DNA from: Octopus sinensis
Lineage: Eukaryota
DNA: 64,000 nucleotides
Assembly (NCBI RefSeq): GCF_006345805.1
Contig: NC_043003.1
Span: forward strand, 47,244,001-47,308,000
Reading direction: 5' to 3'
Shown: positions 27,001 through 38,491 of the stretch, in pieces
Layout of the letters: each line of letters begins with the position of its first letter
Numbering within the stretch: position 1 is the first letter of the stretch
The notes under the pieces: model-generated
Seen by the model: only the letters and a program-made list of their open reading frames with translations
Database searches by the model: none
What the model was told of the DNA's origin: nothing
Program-made: the position numbers and the translations under genes

Positions 27001-30000
27001 TCATAGGCAGAAACTGAAAGAAGCCTGTTGTATATATGTTTGCATGTCTGTGTTTGTCCCCCCAACATCGCTTGACAACCGATGGTGGTGTGTTTACGTC
27101 CCCGTCACTTAGCGGTTCAGCAAAAGAGACCGATAGAATAAGTACTAGGCTTCCAAAGAATAAGTCCTGGGGTCAATTTGCTCAACTAAAGGTGGTGCTC
27201 CAGCATGGCCGCAGTCAAATGACTGAAACAAGTAAAAGAGTAGAAGAGTAATCATGCATTTCAGTGAAGTGGTTAATTCAAATTAATGTAGGTAAATAAG
27301 CATTGTTTGACAGAGTAATCTGAACACCAAAGGGTTAAGCAGGAAGTTTGTATGATAAAACCAAGAGTAGTCTCAGGTGGGTTGGCATCAAGAGTTAAAG
27401 CTGTTACATTAAGTGATCATCTCTTTTTCTTTATGGTAGTATTATTGTGTCACAATTGTGTTTCCTCGACATGTTTTGTGATTGCATTTTGGATATTCTT
27501 AATTAGTCTCTGTTGTCTTGTCTGTGTTGAAAGATTTTTTTTTTTTAATATGTGGTGTTTTTGGAAGTAGTGTTTAGTGTAGTTGTGTGGGCTTCCTGCA
27601 CCTAGGCAATGACAAGATGGTCATGGTTGGAATGCTTTTGAATGGAGGTCTGCTTCATCAGGTCTCAAGCTGGGGTTATAAATATCAACAACAACAGCAA
27701 CTAGAATCAACATCTTTGAAACCTTTCTGGTTAACATCTTCTGTTCTAGCACTGATCTCTCTTTTTGTATCCAAAATGGAGGTATGACAATAGTTGAATA
27801 TATTCCTTGCTTACAGTATGAAATGCTGGACTCATCTCGTCTTCTCCCTCACTCACTCCAACCCTCTTCATTTATCAGCTCGGTAGGGAGGTGTTGGATG
27901 TTGCTGCCAAGGCAATACAAGTTGGAGTCACTACAGATGAGATAGATCGAATTGTGCATGAGGTAAGTTGGAATTTATTTACTCTGTATGTGTGTATATG
28001 CTTTTAAGTATGTGTGTGCATTTGTATATGTATATATGTTTGTACATGTATATTATGTATGCATAGGCGCGGGCATGGCTGTGTGGTAAGAAGCTTGCTT
28101 CCCAACCACATGGTTCTGGGTTCAGTCCCACTGCGTGGCACCTTGGCCAAGTGTCTTCTACTGTAAGGTGAAAACTGAAAGAAGCTCGCCGTTGTGTGTG
28201 TGTGTGTATGTATGTGTTTGTGTGTCTGTGTTTGTTCCCCGACCATCACTTGACAACTGATGTTGGTGTGTTTACATTCCCGTAACCTTGCAGTTCAGCA
28301 AAAGGGAATGATAGAATAAGTCCTGGGGTCGATTTGTTCGACTAAAGGCAGTACTCCAACGTGGTCACAGTCAAATGACTGAAACAAGTAAAAGAATAAA
28401 AGAATGTAATTATTATAATATGATGATAGTTTCACGTTTTTATCAAAGTGAAGGAAAATGATTTCTCTTATCAGATGTTGCTGTTGAGGTTTTTGAGTGC
28501 ACAAGAGATATTGTAAAACATTAGAAAAAGAAAAGTAGTGAACTTTTATTCAAGCATATTGGCTAGCCATACAATCAGTCAGTAAGAAATACTGATGGGA
28601 TTTTAAAGGGTTGACCACTAGGATGATAATGACATTTTAAATGTATTAATAGACTGTAAAAGGTCAAAAGAGGAGGAGGAAAATCGATTGTTTTATCTGG
28701 TATTCCTGTTGAGGCTTTAAGAGAAGCAATACATTATAAGTCATTTATATGCTATTAAAACAGCTGGTTGGTTGACTATGTAATCAACTGTTAAGAAGTA
28801 TGGATTGGGTAATAAGTTGATAATATGCTAACTTGAGCATTTCATTGTTTCTCGCTACACGGTCAATTTGAGATAGGTATGACTGATTAAATTGCCATCA
28901 GTACATTTTATCAAATCCTTAAAGAGATTAAAACAAAATATATCTGATGGAGATCTGAATACAGACTGTGTAGAAAGGAGGAGGCGGATGATGATGATCA
29001 TCATCATCATCAAGTCAGGGAGCTGGCAGAATTGTCAGCACGCCGGGCGAAATGCTTAGTGGTATTTCATCTGCTGCTACGTTCTGAGTTTATATTCCGT
29101 GGAGGTGAGCTTTGCCTGGGGGGGGGGGGGGGGGCGTCGATAAATTAAGTACCAGTTGCATACTGAGGTTAATCTAATCAAGTGACACCACCTCCCCCAA
29201 AATTTCAGGCCTTGTGCCTATAGTAGAAAGGATTATTATTATTAAGGCGGCGAGCTGGCAGAATTGTTAGCACACTGGATGAAATGCTTAACAGTATTTT
29301 GCCCGTCACTCTGTTCTGAGTTCAACTTCTGCCATGGCCGACTTTTCCTTTTATCCTTTCGGGGTCGATAAAACAAGCACCAGTTGTATACTGGAGTCGA
29401 TGGAATCAACTCATCCCCTCCTCCAAGATGGCTGCCCTTGTGGAAAAATTTGAAACCATTATTATTATTGACATTGGCTCTGTTGATTAAATTGACTGGT
29501 AACCATAGTAACATAATCAGGATTTTAATATAAAAGGGTATTGGTTACCTAAATACCATAAAGCATTTTGTCCAATACTTCGCCAATTCTGTTATCCAGT
29601 ACTCTTATAATGATTTCTAACATAGACACAGAATCCCAAATTTGAAGGAGGGAACAGTTGAATACAGGAGCCACTATAATCAACTACTATAGGCACAGGC
29701 CAGCAAGTTCAGGGGAGCAGATAAGACGATTACATCAACCCCAAAATTATGAAAGGCAAAGTCAACCTTGGTGGAATTTGAATTCTGGATGTAAAAACAA
29801 TGCTTAGCAGCATTTTGTCCAGTGTGCTACTGATTCTGCCCGTTCACTGCTTTAATACTACTAATAATTATTATTATAATTAAACTAAGAAAGACCTGTA
29901 ATACGCTAACTTCAATGCAGTCAGCTACATGATCCACACTTTGACAATGTGTGGGGAATGTTAGTGATGTATAAATATAGTAACTTTACAAATTATTGGC

Positions 30001-33000
30001 TTTTACCTTTGTAAAAGTTTTTGAAACTGTGATTAATAATTGAGTATCTACATTCAGAATACCAATTTAAATGGTTTGTTTCTGTTTTTACAGGCTTGTA
30101 TAGACCGTGATTGTTATCCATCTCCTCTTAATTATTATGAATTTCCCAAATCTTGTTGTACGTAAGTACATTATTGTTGTTGCTTTTTTTTTCTTATAGT
30201 ATTGATTTCTAACATAAGCATAAGATCATAAATTGTTGTGTATGTATATGATTGATTATTATATCAATCCAATACTTGATGGGTACTTATTTTATAGGCC
30301 CCTGGGAAAGTGAAAGGTAAGAATGGGATTTGAATGCAGAATGTAAAGGAAACTGGATGAAATGCTTCACATTATTCATCAGTGTTTCAAATTAAGATCT
30401 TGCTGAAAACAACTTTGCTTTTCAACCTGTTTAAAGCACAGAAAATAAATATCAAGAACATGCTGGGTGTTATTTCAGTTGACTTTACCTCTGATCTCAA
30501 AGTGTGTACTTTGTGCCAATTTAGAAAGTAATGGGTTTTTATTCCTGTTGACACTACAACGGTCAGAGAGTTGATGTATCCTAGACATGGTTATTGAGAG
30601 TTGAAAAATTTTTTTTCAAGCAACATTTTGATAGCTGTAAAGTTAGAGATGAGCTAATAATCTCCAGATCATCTGTGCTGCTAATGTTGTTGGTACAAGA
30701 ATGTACATCACACACCATCTTTCTCATTTATACCCTTCTGTCTTGATTGCAAATCACTACTTTTGTTTTGTAGAAATGGAGAAATAGGAGAGTGCTAGAC
30801 CTAATTCCTTTTATTATTCAGTTTTATCCCTCTACTTTCTAAGTTCAAATTGGAAAAGTGTTAAACTTTACCATCTCTGCTGATGTCTTGTAGTGACTTC
30901 ACTTATACAACATTTCCAAAACCACTTTTAAAGTCTAAGATTCTTCTTTAGTGCTAGAAAATACTTCAGACCTGATCAGTTGCTGACCTTTTATAATGCT
31001 CAAAATATGCCCCACATTGAAGTACTGCTTACATTTGTGGAGCAATGCAGTTGCTATACACTAACTCCAATATTTGTGCAAGCATCTATAGCATGTTTGG
31101 TTGATACTAAGAAAGGCTATGCAGTTCTATCCTGCTGATAATACCATTTTTGTATACAGTTGTAGCTCCACACAGCCTAGACATCTTACATCAGACATGC
31201 AATACTTTTGTAACAGGGATTTTAAAGGCATTTTCTGCCAATCAGCAGCAAAAAGACACAGGGACTGCTTCCGCTTTGCTCAGGAACAACACACAATTAA
31301 AATTCACGATTTTTATCAATGACTAACAGCCTCGTAATTTCTAACAACCTATCATGGTAGCTACACATAAAGTGCTAAGAATGACCTCATAGAATAGTTG
31401 TGTGCAGAATTTTAAAAAAATATACTTAAACTACATATGAGCACAGGTGCAACCCTCATTAGAATACTGTTCACAAAAATCTGGGATTGCATCCCCAAAG
31501 CCACCTTCTGCGTCTTCTTTGCCACCTCTAGTACTTCTATGGCTTTTGTTAAACACACTAATAACTTTACTCTGTCCATTCTCCCCAAAACTGCAACCTT
31601 CTGGAATTGACAGCTCATCCTTACCACTTGCTAATGTGTCCCTTAAGTAAATATTAAAAAAAAAAACTGCATAAATTTCTTTTTTTCAAACTGCTTGCTA
31701 GACTTGATCATAGCAACATGTGAAAACCAACAGTTCAATGATGTGTATGTGTGTGTGTGTGTGCGAGAGGAGAAATTAATAGTAGAGAAACTTGAAATAT
31801 ATTTTACTTTTAATGTATCTGCTCTTCATTTCACTCTGTCAAACTTTCACTCTATTAACAATTGAACTTTGTTCTTGTGTAGGTCTGTTAATGAAGTCAT
31901 CTGCCATGGCATCCCTGATATGAGACCACTTCAAGATGGAGATATTTTGAACAGTAAGTAGTTTGATTCAACTGTGTGTGTGTGTGTGTGTGCATTGTGA
32001 TTTTGAAGTTCAAGTGGGAATCAATTTTATCTTTCATTCTTCCGTGTTTGATACTGTGTCTATCCCAGTTTTAGAGTAGGTATGTTGCATCCCTGCCTAT
32101 CATAACAGGCAACTAAAAGAGTTGACAACAAGAAGAACATCTCACCATAAAACACTAATCTCAAGAAAACCATCAAACCCATACCAGTATGAAAAAGTGA
32201 ACATAAAAACACTGCTGCTACTGTTAATGGTCCTCCTCTTCTTTTCGTGGTTGATAAAATAAGTGCTAGTTAAGTACTGGAGTTAAGATCTACTACATCC
32301 ACACCAAATTGGTGGCTTAGATATTATTATTGATTATAAACAATTGTAAGCAAAACATAGTTATAATAATTACTATTATAATTTAGAGTACGACAGCAAA
32401 CTGGCAGAATCATTAGATTATTGAATAAAATGCTTAGCACCATTTCTGCTGATTCATTAATTTCTGAGTTCAAATTCCACCGAAGTCAACTTTGCCTTTC
32501 AATCTTTCAGGGTCAATAAAATAAGTAACAGTTGAGCAGTGGCATCAATGTAATTGACTGGAGCAAGTTACAAGCTTCTGTTTTAACATCTACTTTCCAT
32601 GCTTGGGGCAGGATTCAGTTGGCCAACTCAGAGCTTTATTTGAAGACACATGCCCAAAGTGCTGCAGTGGGACTAAGCCCGAAACCATGTGGTTGTGGAT
32701 TGAACTTCTTAACCACACAGCCATATCTATTTATATAAAACATTGGTATAACTACATAACAAAATGTACATGTTTAACATTAATGCCACCAATACTGCAC
32801 ATTACAGGGTAATTATTTATCTTTTCTAGTCGATGTAACAGTGTATCATAAAGGTTATCATGGAGACCTGAATGAAACGTTTTTTGTTGGCCAGGTTAGT
32901 GAAGCCAGCAAAGAACTGGTAAAAACTACCTATAAGTGCCTGGAATTAGCTATTAATGAAGGTATGTTGATTTTTGTCTTTCCAAAACACCACCATCGCA

Positions 33001-35932
33001 TTTTTTACTTCAGTTTTTCTATTTATTCATCTATCAAATTTTCAATTGCTATCAATTACTAATATGTATCTTTGTTTTTCTCTTTGCATATCATACATTA
33101 TGTATGTTTCTTGCCTGTTCTATAAATCTTCCTGCTATATTGTATTTATCTATCTATTTGTTCAAGTAACTACCAGTATATTTGTTCATCCACCTACCTT
33201 TATGTACCAATCTATCTCTTCTACTGTATGTTTATCCTATTAGTTCAAGAGTCTATCTATCTGCTACCACCTATCTACCTGTATTTCTTGTTTCTCCTCT
33301 ACTTTTGCTCTGCTACTGTATTAATTACTCTCATTCTGTTTGTCCACTCTAGTGCGACCTAATGTCCGTTACCGTGAAATAGGTAACATCATCCAACAAA
33401 ACGCTCAGGCTCATGGATTTTCTGTGGTTCGTGGTTATTGTGGACATGGCATTCACCAGTAAGTTTTTGATAATGTAGCATTTCTGAATAGAGGAAACGT
33501 TGAGGTTGTGGTAATGAGTGATGGTGGTGGGGATTTTTGAAGGTGAGATAATAGTGTGCTGATGTGAAGGTTGTTACAATGGCATGATGGTGTTGAGACT
33601 GCCAGGTTAACCTGAGTGGTGGTGGTGTTGAAGTACACATTGTCACTGTTATGGTTTTGTACAGTTGTGAGGATAATGTAGAGGAACCGTGGTGGTGATG
33701 CTACAGTGTTCTTTTGTTGATGATATGGTGTTGATGTTTGTGTTAAGGCTTATGCCAACCATCCTAGTATGCAAAACTTTAAAGTAAAAGAAAGATGTCA
33801 AAGATAATACTTTTGTTTTCCTTCTTTAGGTTGTTCCATACTTCACCAAGTGTACCTCACTATGCTAGTAAGTATTCTAAGATTTTGTCATTAATCTGTT
33901 AAAATTAAACAACAGAAGCAAAAAGATGTTATCTTTTCTACACTCTCTATTCTGTCTGTTATAATGTTATGCATACACACATATTCAGGGACATATATAG
34001 AAATATGCAGCTGTATTGTCTGTCTCTCTCTGTACACAAATGCACATTCTACAACAGGATTGTTGAAGACATTTAGCTAACTTATTAAGAAACAACTACT
34101 GAAAATGAGAAATTTCTAATTTCTAAAAGTATTAGCTTTATAATTTAACTAAATGTTTTTAACAATCATGTTGAGAAATTTTTGTGTGTTTATTCCTGTA
34201 AATATATTTATACATACTGAGAAACAAACTGATAACACTTGTCATATTCTTAAGAAAATATTTGTGTGTGCATATGCATGTGTTATTATATAGAGAAATA
34301 CAAAGCAGAGAGAGAGAGAGAGAGAGAGAATGCCTGGACAGACAAAAAGAATGGAGAATCATATTTTTTTCTTTCAATGTTGTAATAAGCTACTTCTTTT
34401 AAAAGATCAATTTGTCTAACACACGTGGACATACCTACAAAGTCAGAAAACAACACAGCTCCCATGACTTTCAGAAACATTTTTTCACGCTCAGAGTTGC
34501 TGAAGCATGGAATAAACTGCCTGCGTCAGTTGTTGACTGCCATGACATTGCATCCTTTAAGGCCCTCATGCTTTCCGAAATCCGCCGAAACTACACCTGA
34601 TTATATATACACTTTAGATGAGTTGTAGTGCACCTGAGCACTGTACACAATTATTATTATTATTATTATTATTATTACCTCAAACTCTCATCTAATACAT
34701 GAGTAACCCACATACTCTACAAGCATTGTCCACTTCAGTTTCCACCATTCAATCATTTCAGAAAAATTAGCTGAATGATGATTTTCTTAGTCTTTTTTTA
34801 TATCTTTCAACTGCTTCATAAACTTAATTCACTCTTTAGAGACAATACATCATAAGATGGCAATGGACTGTATTAAAAAGATGATAAAAAATTTTCTATA
34901 TTTTGATCTTTTAAATGTTTGTTTTATTTCAATATTGTTTTATCATCTTTTATTTCAGTTCTAGCATATATACTTATTTTTTCAATAAAGCAAATATTGC
35001 TTATTCCAGGTATAGTAAAACTGGTCATGCACTGGTTAATTTTGAAAATAACGAAAAATATTTTACAATATTTTTCATTATTATTAAACCAATAACATGA
35101 AATTTTTAATTTAGATCACAGGAAGTCTGTAAAGATGATCTCTGGCAGACTGGTATCAGAAGCAATATTTACTTCTCTCTCTTTTTTTTTTTTTTATAGA
35201 AAACAAAGCTATAGGTGTGATGAAGCCTGGCCACTGTTTCACCATTGAACCCATGATTTCTGAAGGTAAGTGGATTTAGAAGTACTTTCAATGGGATTTC
35301 ACTATGGCCCTTCCAACCTTATGTGATATTCTCTCTGGTCCTAATTTCAACTCTGAAAATTATGGCAAGCATTACAATATTGACCAGACGATCAAATCTT
35401 GTCATATACTGCTGGTCACAATATGCTTTGCATTGACTTAACTTTTAGACGAATAGTGTTGACAGTGACTTTGAAGTTTCAATTTGCTTAGCCGTCATCA
35501 GACTGTAGTATATATTTGAGTTCATCTTGGTAAATTTACTTTCCCTGGGGTTGGAGCTTTGTCAGATGATAATTAGGTTGGAGGGTGAACTCTTGAGTTT
35601 TTTTTCTTTGAGAACATTCATCTATAACATAGCCAGGATTCCATCATAGTAAACACTTGGGTTTTTTGTTAAAGCCTGGAAAAAAGTAAAACATATATAT
35701 ATGTATTTGAGATTATTTTTCTTTCCCTTTAATTTTTCTTTATTTTTTCTTTTCATCTCATTAAGGAACATGGAGGGATGAAACTTGGCCTGATGGTTGG
35801 ACTGCTGTCACACTTGATGGTAAAAGGTCAGCTCAGTTTGAACATACGCTTCTTGTCACTGAGACTGGCTGTGAAGTGTTGACTAAACGACTAACAAATG
35901 ATGGACAGCCGCATTTTTTCGACCAGTTGTAG
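5962..35932 (+). CDS. METAP1: Methionine aminopeptidase 1 (type Ib, N-terminal zinc finger); 13 coding exons, 1122 nt, 373 aa
   Basis: join(5962-6066,21420-21471,21599-21678,22878-22938,25647-25738,27879-27962,30094-30161,31883-31953,32830-32961,33353-33458,33830-33867,35200-35265,35766-35932). All junctions are GT-AG and phase-compatible. Motifs: CETPGC..QCPTC..FCTQECF..HKQLH zinc finger, [56 protein letters not shown] (D,D,H,E,E metal ligands). Confidence 0.97.
7820..8037. mobile_element. piggyBac-like (TTAA) MITE, CCCTTTCGTTAC family
   Basis: TTAA-CCCTTTCGTTAC ... GTATCAAAAGGG-TTGA; body similar to the copies at 11970 and 25369. Confidence 0.75.
9711..9928 (-). mobile_element. SINE (GGCGAGCTGGCAGAA family), reverse
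   Basis: Matches the family core on the minus strand. Confidence 0.75.
10647..10694 (-). ncRNA. Degenerate minimal hammerhead-like motif (Penelope pLTR-like)
   Basis: Minus strand GTCT CCGACAA agtGATATaagaaATATCccg GAAA CAGCTG TA AGAT; two substitutions in the CUGANGA box. Confidence 0.45.
11970..12189. mobile_element. piggyBac-like (TTAA) MITE, CCCTTTCGTTAC family
   Basis: Perfect 12-bp TIR CCCTTTCGTTAC/GTAACGAAAGGG; flanks ATAA and TTAA. Confidence 0.85.
12440..13095. repeat. Purine-rich (G/A) low-complexity tract
   Basis: Strong G+A bias on + with very few C; ORFs on - are S/L/P/H-rich artefacts. Confidence 0.6.
14003..15218 (-). mobile_element. Full-length decayed mariner transposon
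   Basis: ~40-bp imperfect TIRs (TCGGGCTGAGTAAAAAGCAAGCAACATTTTGAAACATGAA; right TIR read on the minus strand TCAGGTTGAGTAAAAAGTAAGCAACGTTTTGAACCATGAA); TA flanks. Minus-strand motifs [41 protein letters not shown]; many stops and frameshifts. Confidence 0.93.
16128..16174 (-). ncRNA. Minimal type-I hammerhead ribozyme motif inside a ~100-bp palindrome
   Basis: Minus strand ATTTATc CTGATGA ATCaCA-GAAA-TGAGAT GAAA GTGC TA aATAAAT: intact core boxes, stem II with a GAAA tetraloop, stem I ATTTAT/ATAAAT. Confidence 0.65.
16957..18040 (-). mobile_element. RTE-clade LINE internal fragment (linker to RT domains), decayed
   Basis: Minus-strand [22 protein letters not shown]..., [15 protein letters not shown], and remnants of the YKGKGD, GFVPGKST and GVHQ-S-SP-LFII RT motifs. 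Confidence 0.88.
18259..18559 (+). mobile_element. Young tRNA-derived SINE with 14-bp TSD
   Basis: TSD CAAATCACTGCCTT (18245-18258 / 18560-18573); A/B boxes TGGCCTAGTG and GGTTCGAATA. Confidence 0.88.
21018..21255 (+). mobile_element. SINE (GGCGAGCTGGCAGAA family) with 14-bp TSD
   Basis: TSD GTATAAGGTTGGTT (21004-21017 / 21256-21269); B-box GAGTTCAAATTCC. Confidence 0.9.
21420..21471 (+). CDS. METAP1: METAP1 exon 2 ([17 protein letters not shown])
   Basis: TTTTTCCAG| acceptor, |GTAAGT donor. Confidence 0.95.
21599..21678 (+). CDS. METAP1: METAP1 exon 3 ([27 protein letters not shown])
   Basis: TCTTTCAG| acceptor, |GTAAAC donor; PWP.YRFTG.LRP motif. Confidence 0.93.
21746..21941. mobile_element. 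piggyBac-like MITE, CCCTTTAGCATT family
   Basis: TTAA-TCCTTTAGCATTCA ... TGAATGCTAAAGGG-TAAA; related copies near 43185-43375 and 55750-55960. Confidence 0.75.
22878..22938 (+). CDS. METAP1: METAP1 exon 4 ([21 protein letters not shown])
   Basis: TTTTCAG| acceptor, |GTTTGT donor; RPDYAD motif. Confidence 0.93.
25369..25589. mobile_element. piggyBac-like (TTAA) MITE, CCCTTTCGTTAC family
   Basis: TTAA on both sides, CCCTTTTG...AAAAGGG ends; ends 57 bp upstream of METAP1 exon 5. Confidence 0.8.
25647..25738 (+). CDS. METAP1: METAP1 exon 5 ([30 protein letters not shown])
   Basis: TTTTAG| acceptor, |GTGAGT donor. Confidence 0.95.
27879..27962 (+). CDS. METAP1: METAP1 exon 6 ([28 protein letters not shown])
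   Basis: TTTATCAG| acceptor, |GTAAGT donor. Confidence 0.96.
28066..28403 (+). mobile_element. SINE (GGCGC...GTGTGGTAAGAAGCTTGC family)
   Basis: tRNA-like head, internal (GT)n, tail GACTGAAACAAGTAAAAG. Confidence 0.85.
29015..29468 (+). mobile_element. Two tandem SINEs of the GGCGAGCTGGCAGAA family
   Basis: Heads at ~29015 and ~29245, each ending in (ATT)n; the first has an internal G-run. Confidence 0.8.
30094..30161 (+). CDS. METAP1: METAP1 exon 7 ([23 protein letters not shown])
   Basis: TTTTACAG| acceptor, |GTAAGT donor. Confidence 0.96.
31883..31953 (+). CDS. METAP1: METAP1 exon 8 ([23 protein letters not shown])
   Basis: TGTGTAG| acceptor, |GTAAGT donor. Confidence 0.96.
32830..32961 (+). 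CDS. METAP1: METAP1 exon 9 ([21 protein letters not shown]...LAINE)
   Basis: CTTTTCTAG| acceptor, |GTATGT donor; two metal-binding Asp residues. Confidence 0.96.
33353..33458 (+). CDS. METAP1: METAP1 exon 10 ([36 protein letters not shown])
   Basis: CACTCTAG| acceptor, |GTAAGT donor. Confidence 0.96.
33830..33867 (+). CDS. METAP1: METAP1 exon 11 ([12 protein letters not shown])
   Basis: CTTCTTTAG| acceptor, |GTAAGT donor. Confidence 0.95.
34413..34677 (+). mobile_element. 5'-truncated CR1/L2-clade LINE 3' end with (TTA)n tail
   Basis: [25 protein letters not shown]-terminal motif; near-identical to 44755-45015 in the opposite orientation. Confidence 0.9.
35200..35265 (+). CDS. METAP1: METAP1 exon 12 ([23 protein letters not shown])
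   Basis: Poly-T TATAG| acceptor, |GTAAGT donor. Confidence 0.96.
35302..35593. repeat. ~290-bp direct repeat, copy 1 (METAP1 last intron); contains a hammerhead motif
   Basis: Near-identical to 38492-38781. Confidence 0.92.
35462..35506 (-). ncRNA. Type-I hammerhead ribozyme motif (copy 1)
   Basis: Minus strand ACAGT CTGATGA CGGCTAAGCAAATT GAAA CTTCAAAG TC ACTGT: perfect 5-bp stem I, stem III ACTT/AAGT, GUC site; stem II weak. Confidence 0.6.
35766..35932 (+). CDS. METAP1: METAP1 exon 13 ([39 protein letters not shown]...FDQL*)
   Basis: Acceptor TTAAG| after a long pyrimidine tract; TAG stop at 35930-35932. Confidence 0.95.
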
Positions 35933-36075
35933 CAGGAGTGTTGTTGGACAAGCGGAGAAATTCAAAGATTTTTTTTTTTTCCTCCACTTCTGTTCCTTCT
36001 TTTCTGCTTCATTAGAGACTATTACTACTACTACTATTACTATTAACAATAATAATAATACAAAGGAGGAAGATG

Positions 36076-36081
36076 AATAAA
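36076..36081 (+). terminator. Candidate METAP1 polyadenylation signal AATAAA
   Basis: First AATAAA ~145 nt after the stop, followed by a T-rich tract. Confidence 0.5.
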
Positions 36082-36159
36082 GTACTGTAAAAATTAATCC
36101 GTTTTTTTTTATTGTTTTATATATATTTTCCCTGTTTTAATCTTTTTTTAATGAATCTG

Positions 36160-36370
36160 TACCATCCGAATGTGGTTGATGCCAGTGCCTCCTGACTGGC
36201 TCCTGTGTCAGTGGCATGTAAAAAAGCACCCACTACACTCTTGGAGTGGTTGGTGTTAGGAAGGGCATACAGTTGTAGAAACCTTGCCAGATCAAATTGG
36301 AGCCTGGTGCAGCCGCTGGTCAAACCGTCTAACCCATGCCAGCCTGGAAAGCAGACGTTAAACAATGATG
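36160..36370 (+). mobile_element. Retroposon fragment with RTE-type tail (CCCATGCCAGC.TGGAAA..GACGTTAAA(TGA)n)
   Basis: Same body and tail as 52960-53312, 54936-55210, 62655-62850 and the LINE end at 63342. Confidence 0.75.
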
Positions 36371-36899
36371 TATATTGTTGAAGCAGTTTCTAAGTCATCA
36401 TCGTTTAATACCCACTTTTCCATGCTTGCATGTGTCACAGAATTTGTTGAGGCAGATTTTCTATGGTTGGATGCCAACGCTCAACTGTTTCCAAGCAAGG
36501 TAATATTTCCCTCATGGCTATGCATGTTTTTCGCAGAAGATCAGCAAACAACGTGTGGTAAGTAGCTTGCTTACCAACCACATGGTTCCGGGTTCAGTCC
36601 CACTGAGTGGCACCTTGGGCAAGTGTCTTCTACTATAGCCTCGAGCCGACCAAAACCTTGTGAGTGGATTTGGTAGACGGAAACTGAAAGAAGCCCATCG
36701 TATACATGTGTATATATATAATGTATATGTGTGTTTGCGTGTCTGTAACTTGTAATGTCAACAGCAATATATAGTCACTGATTTACAACAAACAAAGGAG
36801 CTAGTTGTAAAATCTCATGAAGAGATCAGAATAGTAACTATACTAACAAGTAAAGTCAATCGCCACATCATAGTGGCTGTTCCATTTTGACCCCAGGAA

Positions 36900-37434
36900 G
36901 ATCTTTTCCTTTTGAACGGCACATGTCAACACAATACCCTTCCCCAACCCCTAAATCTAAAATAGATTGAAATGCGATAGATCAATACTAGGGTTATAAT
37001 TATGGGTGACATTTTCATTTGACACCGCTAGAAAAAATCCCATTTTCCATAGCGGTATCATATGAAATTGTCACCCATAATTATAACCCTAGTATCGATC
37101 TATTGCATTTCAATCTATTTTAGATTTAGGGTTAGGGGTGGGGGAAGGGTATCTTTTTTTCTTCGCAAATGTAAATAAACCCAATCTGTTTCTTAAACGA
37201 GAGACATATTCATACAGCACGGAATGTTTTCACCCCAAATGGAGGTCAGCGATTGGTTAAAATTGCCGAAATGCTTGAAATTAAAGTGGAAATATGTTAC
37301 AACATATAGAATTTTCTCAATAAAGCCAAGAAAAAAATGATGTTTTATAAACACATTCTACCAGTATACGAAGTTTAAAAGTGTTTAGTTAACTAGAAAT
37401 TGTGTTGACATGTGCCGTTCAAAAGGAAAAGATC
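36900..37434. mobile_element. Non-autonomous DNA element (MITE) with perfect 36-bp TIRs and an internal foldback
   Basis: TIR GATCTTTTCCTTTTGAACGGCACATGTCAACACAAT (36900-36935) and its reverse complement (37399-37434); internal inverted arms ~36934-37152. Confidence 0.88.
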
Positions 37435-38182
37435 CAGATCTTTCAAGACATTCTCACCACCCATCTCTTTAACTGCAGTATTTTACTGCTGCTGTAATTA
37501 AATGTGAGAACTACACACTTCATTAGTATCTTCCTCATATCTATTCTTCTTACTTCCTGGAACCATTTCACTTTTTATCAATTCCTTCTTTCTTAACACT
37601 GTCCTTTCCATCACTTTTTACATTGATCACTCTCAACCATACCTCCTCTCTCATTCGCTTATCCTCTGTACCATGATTACTATTCTGCTGCTCCTTCTCC
37701 CGCACTGTCAATTCTCTCCTACTCTTCCTCCAGCTTATATGTATCATGCTTGATGAGATCATTGCAAAGAGCTTCAGGGTTTGTAACGTAGAAGTTTGGG
37801 CAATGCAAAGTATGAAGAAATGTGGCAAAATATTTTTGCTCTTTGCAAAGATAAACATTAGTAAAAACTCTTAATAATGTAGGAAAATACATTGTCTTAG
37901 TAATTCTGCACCAGTCGAACAAGTGTTTTCTGTAATAATGTGTTGTTCGTTGAAAGGGACAGTATAACAGAAGCTATAGTCAGGGGCCTTCAGGTGACTA
38001 CAATAACATGCCACTAAGTTGCTCAAACATTTTTTTTGCAAGATTAAAAATGACAATGAATTTCTTAGAAAAATATCAAAGAATCAGTAAGTAAATGAAA
38101 TACTACTTGACAATAAAGACAGGTTTAATTTGATTTATTTTTTAATGTCACTGTTTTACTTGCCTATATCTTACATGCTTGA

Positions 38183-38225
38183 TTGTCCCCTCTATGTTTA
38201 GCCCCTTGTGGGTAATAAAGAAACA
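38183..38225 (+). mobile_element. 43-bp 5'-truncated SINE tail with 18-bp TSD
   Basis: TSD TATATCTTACATGCTTGA (38165-38182 / 38226-38243); insert matches the 3' end of the SINE at 21018. Confidence 0.85.
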
Positions 38226-38491
38226 TATATCTTACATGCTTGAGCTGTCAAGGATAATTGTTTTACACATTTTCTTTTTTCAGTATCTATCTCTCTGCAC
38301 CTTAACCTAACACTTAACTTTCTTAGTGATAAAGATAGATTCTACATTTTACTAGTTTACACATCACTTCAGCACTTGTTAGGAATCTCCTTCGAGAAGA
38401 AAATATAATTAATACACTTGCTATAAAAATCCGTCTACCTCTAGTTGGTAGGGAGAAGAGACTTGTTCTCCTTTAGTACCCACCCCACATG

